A DNA stretch of 64,000 bases from Neoconidiobolus thromboides FSU 785. Its lineage: Eukaryota; Fungi; Entomophthoromycota. A program made the translations under genes and the position numbers. Shown in pieces: positions 61,893 through 64,000 of the stretch (the first letter of the stretch is position 1; every line of letters starts with the position of its first letter). The DNA is taken from contig MU626268.1 of the NCBI GenBank assembly GCA_025603075.1, positions 62,001 through 126,000 of the forward strand. The letters are read 5' to 3'. A model generated the notes under the pieces. It did no database searches. It was not told where the DNA came from and was given only the letters and a program-made list of their open reading frames with translations.

Positions 61893-61944
61893 ATTTAAGT
61901 GGAAAGATTGTTAGTAAAATTCTTAAACAAAAAGATACATCCTC
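61893..61944 (-). mobile_element. MITE copy 23, half element
   Basis: TTTAAGTGGAAAGATTGTTAGTAAAATTCTTAAAC...ACATCCTC only. Confidence 0.75.
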
Positions 61945-62324
61945 AAATGTTGTTTCTTGGCGTTATCTTTTTCAATGAAATAAATGGTTTATTAAACAAA
62001 TAGCTAGAATTATCCTTAACATTCAATAGACCGAATATTGGCTTATAATAAACCTTGCTTTTTATTTTAAGTGCTGTTCATTATAAGTAATTGAATAGAA
62101 TAGTTGTTATATAGAATGGAAAGTTATTAATAAAATTAATATTGTTTTGTTTATGTCATTTAATAAAAACTAGATTAGCTTTAAGTTGATTAATTTACTA
62201 TTGTTAAGTTGATAGTAATATCATTGTTATTCTACTAATTAATGATTGATAAAAATGAAGGATGTTTATTTTATTTATTTTCATATACCAACTTTAATGA
62301 TACTATCATTTTTAAATAATACAT

Positions 62325-62423
62325 GGGGATGTTTTTTTTTGACTTCATCATTTTTTCCATCTTTGAGCACTATTTGAATGGAAAAATTATTAGTAAAATT
62401 CTTAAACATAAAAATACATCCCC
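62325..62423 (-). mobile_element. MITE copy 24
   Basis: GGGGATGT...ACATCCCC; flanks ACAT/ATAT. Confidence 0.92.
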
Positions 62424-64000
62424 ATATCTAAATATTAAAAGTGAGTTAATTTCTATGAATAAGTTTAAAATTCAAGTTAATATATTTAATTTTCTTATTT
62501 AGTTTTCTTAAAGCTCGAATTATGATTTGCTTAAACTAAAAAATCAATAAAATTAAGACAATGTTTTTTCTAGTTAGATTTAACTACTAATTTTTCAATC
62601 TCTCATTATATAAAAAATGGCTAAACCATGGGTATGTAAAGAGAATAATTCTTGGTTATTCTAATATTTAACCTCCATTATTAAAATGACATATTGATGT
62701 CAATCCCTATTTTAAACAAGTGACTTAATGTTTTTATTTTTAAAATGTTTATCAAATTCACCTGGTTAATTAACAACAAAATAATCAACTAAAATAACTA
62801 AAGAAATTAAGATGAGATTGCTTTAACTTTACATCTGCTGAAACTTTATCATGACCTGATTTACAGTAACTTTAGAGTCAGTTGCTGTTTATTTGTTCCT
62901 TTTCTAATGCTTAATCTGAAGATTCTAGCATGATTTTGACAGTTTTTTATTCTTGAATAAACAGTTAGTTATGTTGAAATATAATTACAGCAGTTGTATT
63001 GATTTATAGTTAGTATCAATTAAATCCTAGTGAAGAGTAGGAGACTACAAGTCATTTCCCTAATTATTGTTTTTTTTGTTACTATTACTGATTGGACAAA
63101 TAATTCACATTCTTATCCTCATACTTCATCATTAAGGCCAAATTATTATTAATAAAAAGGCTCATTTGAGGTAAATTTGGTTTTAATTATAATATAAATT
63201 GTGGGTCACAAAATGAGTATTTTAAGTGTGGGGTGAAAGCGATCATGTTGGTTCCTTGTCAAACTAATATTGATATTAATAAAAGTAATGATATCCGTTA
63301 TTAGAAGGTTACTAATAATATTAAAAGTAAATTCAATTTATTTATTAAAAAGCAGTAGCTTGTTCATATACGAAAAGTGAACCTATGGTCAACCTATCAT
63401 TATTATTATTATAAAACTATAAAACATCAACAAAAAATTAAGTCATTGATTGTTTATGATCCTCTTGATTTTACATCTATTTAAGCTTAGATGTGTGCTG
63501 ATTAACTACTCATTTACAAAAAAAAAACGAATATTAAGTAACAAATCACCATAACAATATAAATCGCCAAGTATAAAATTTATCACTAATTGTTACACAT
63601 TAGAGATTAACCAATACTATTATTAAATCCTTTTAACAAGCTCATAATTCTTGCATAGTTTATTTATGCTTTTTGTATACAAAAACCGACAAATTCCAAA
63701 ATTCAAGCTTGGATTTTTTAATTTCCAAATGATCATGATGTTATTATTTTGACAAATAATATTAGAACAATTATAAAGCATGAGATTAAATGATTTGATT
63801 ATTCTTATATTTGAATTCATGCTATCTACTTTATGTCTAAATCCATAAACTTTGTTGAATATGGGCTTGTAGTAAAATTAAGGTTAAATGAAGTTGATAA
63901 TAATATAAATATAAATTAAATGAAAGGTTAATATTAATTTTTATTTTGTATTTTTATAATTAATTATGACTAATACTGCATTCAACTCTTTCCGATTAAC

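Noticed and set aside
63500-63900. Possible MULE/other transposase fragment (ORF 63623-63820)
   Set aside because: No convincing motif, TIR or second copy in the window.

Overview
Very AT-rich eukaryotic DNA (about 20-25% GC by eye) with short (about 42-100 nt) GT-AG introns, most consistent with an early-diverging fungus; Entomophthoromycotina such as Conidiobolus is a guess, not demonstrated. Conserved genes sit in two blocks: 1-7.6 kb (coatomer beta, TBC Rab-GAP, ELG1/ATAD5) and 21.5-32 kb (Opy2-like, a helical orphan, an EH+SH3 endocytic scaffold, MTR4). An ACB-domain gene and a beta-lactamase-family hydrolase lie at 50-56 kb. The accessory tracts hold five notable things. (1) A Sola-type DNA transposon family: one near-intact copy with an assembly gap, an inverted 5' fragment and a decayed copy. 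(2) 24 copies of a related ~97-bp MITE with 4-bp TSDs. (3) Four decayed F-box/LRR-like paralogs. (4) Six intronless TVP15/COPI-associated-like tandem copies, whose three-intron relative lies at 60.7-61.7 kb. (5) A small secreted Kex2-type propeptide. Decayed copies show directional C>T/G>A change. No rRNA, tRNA or CRISPR array was recognised. All exon models and alignments were made by eye.
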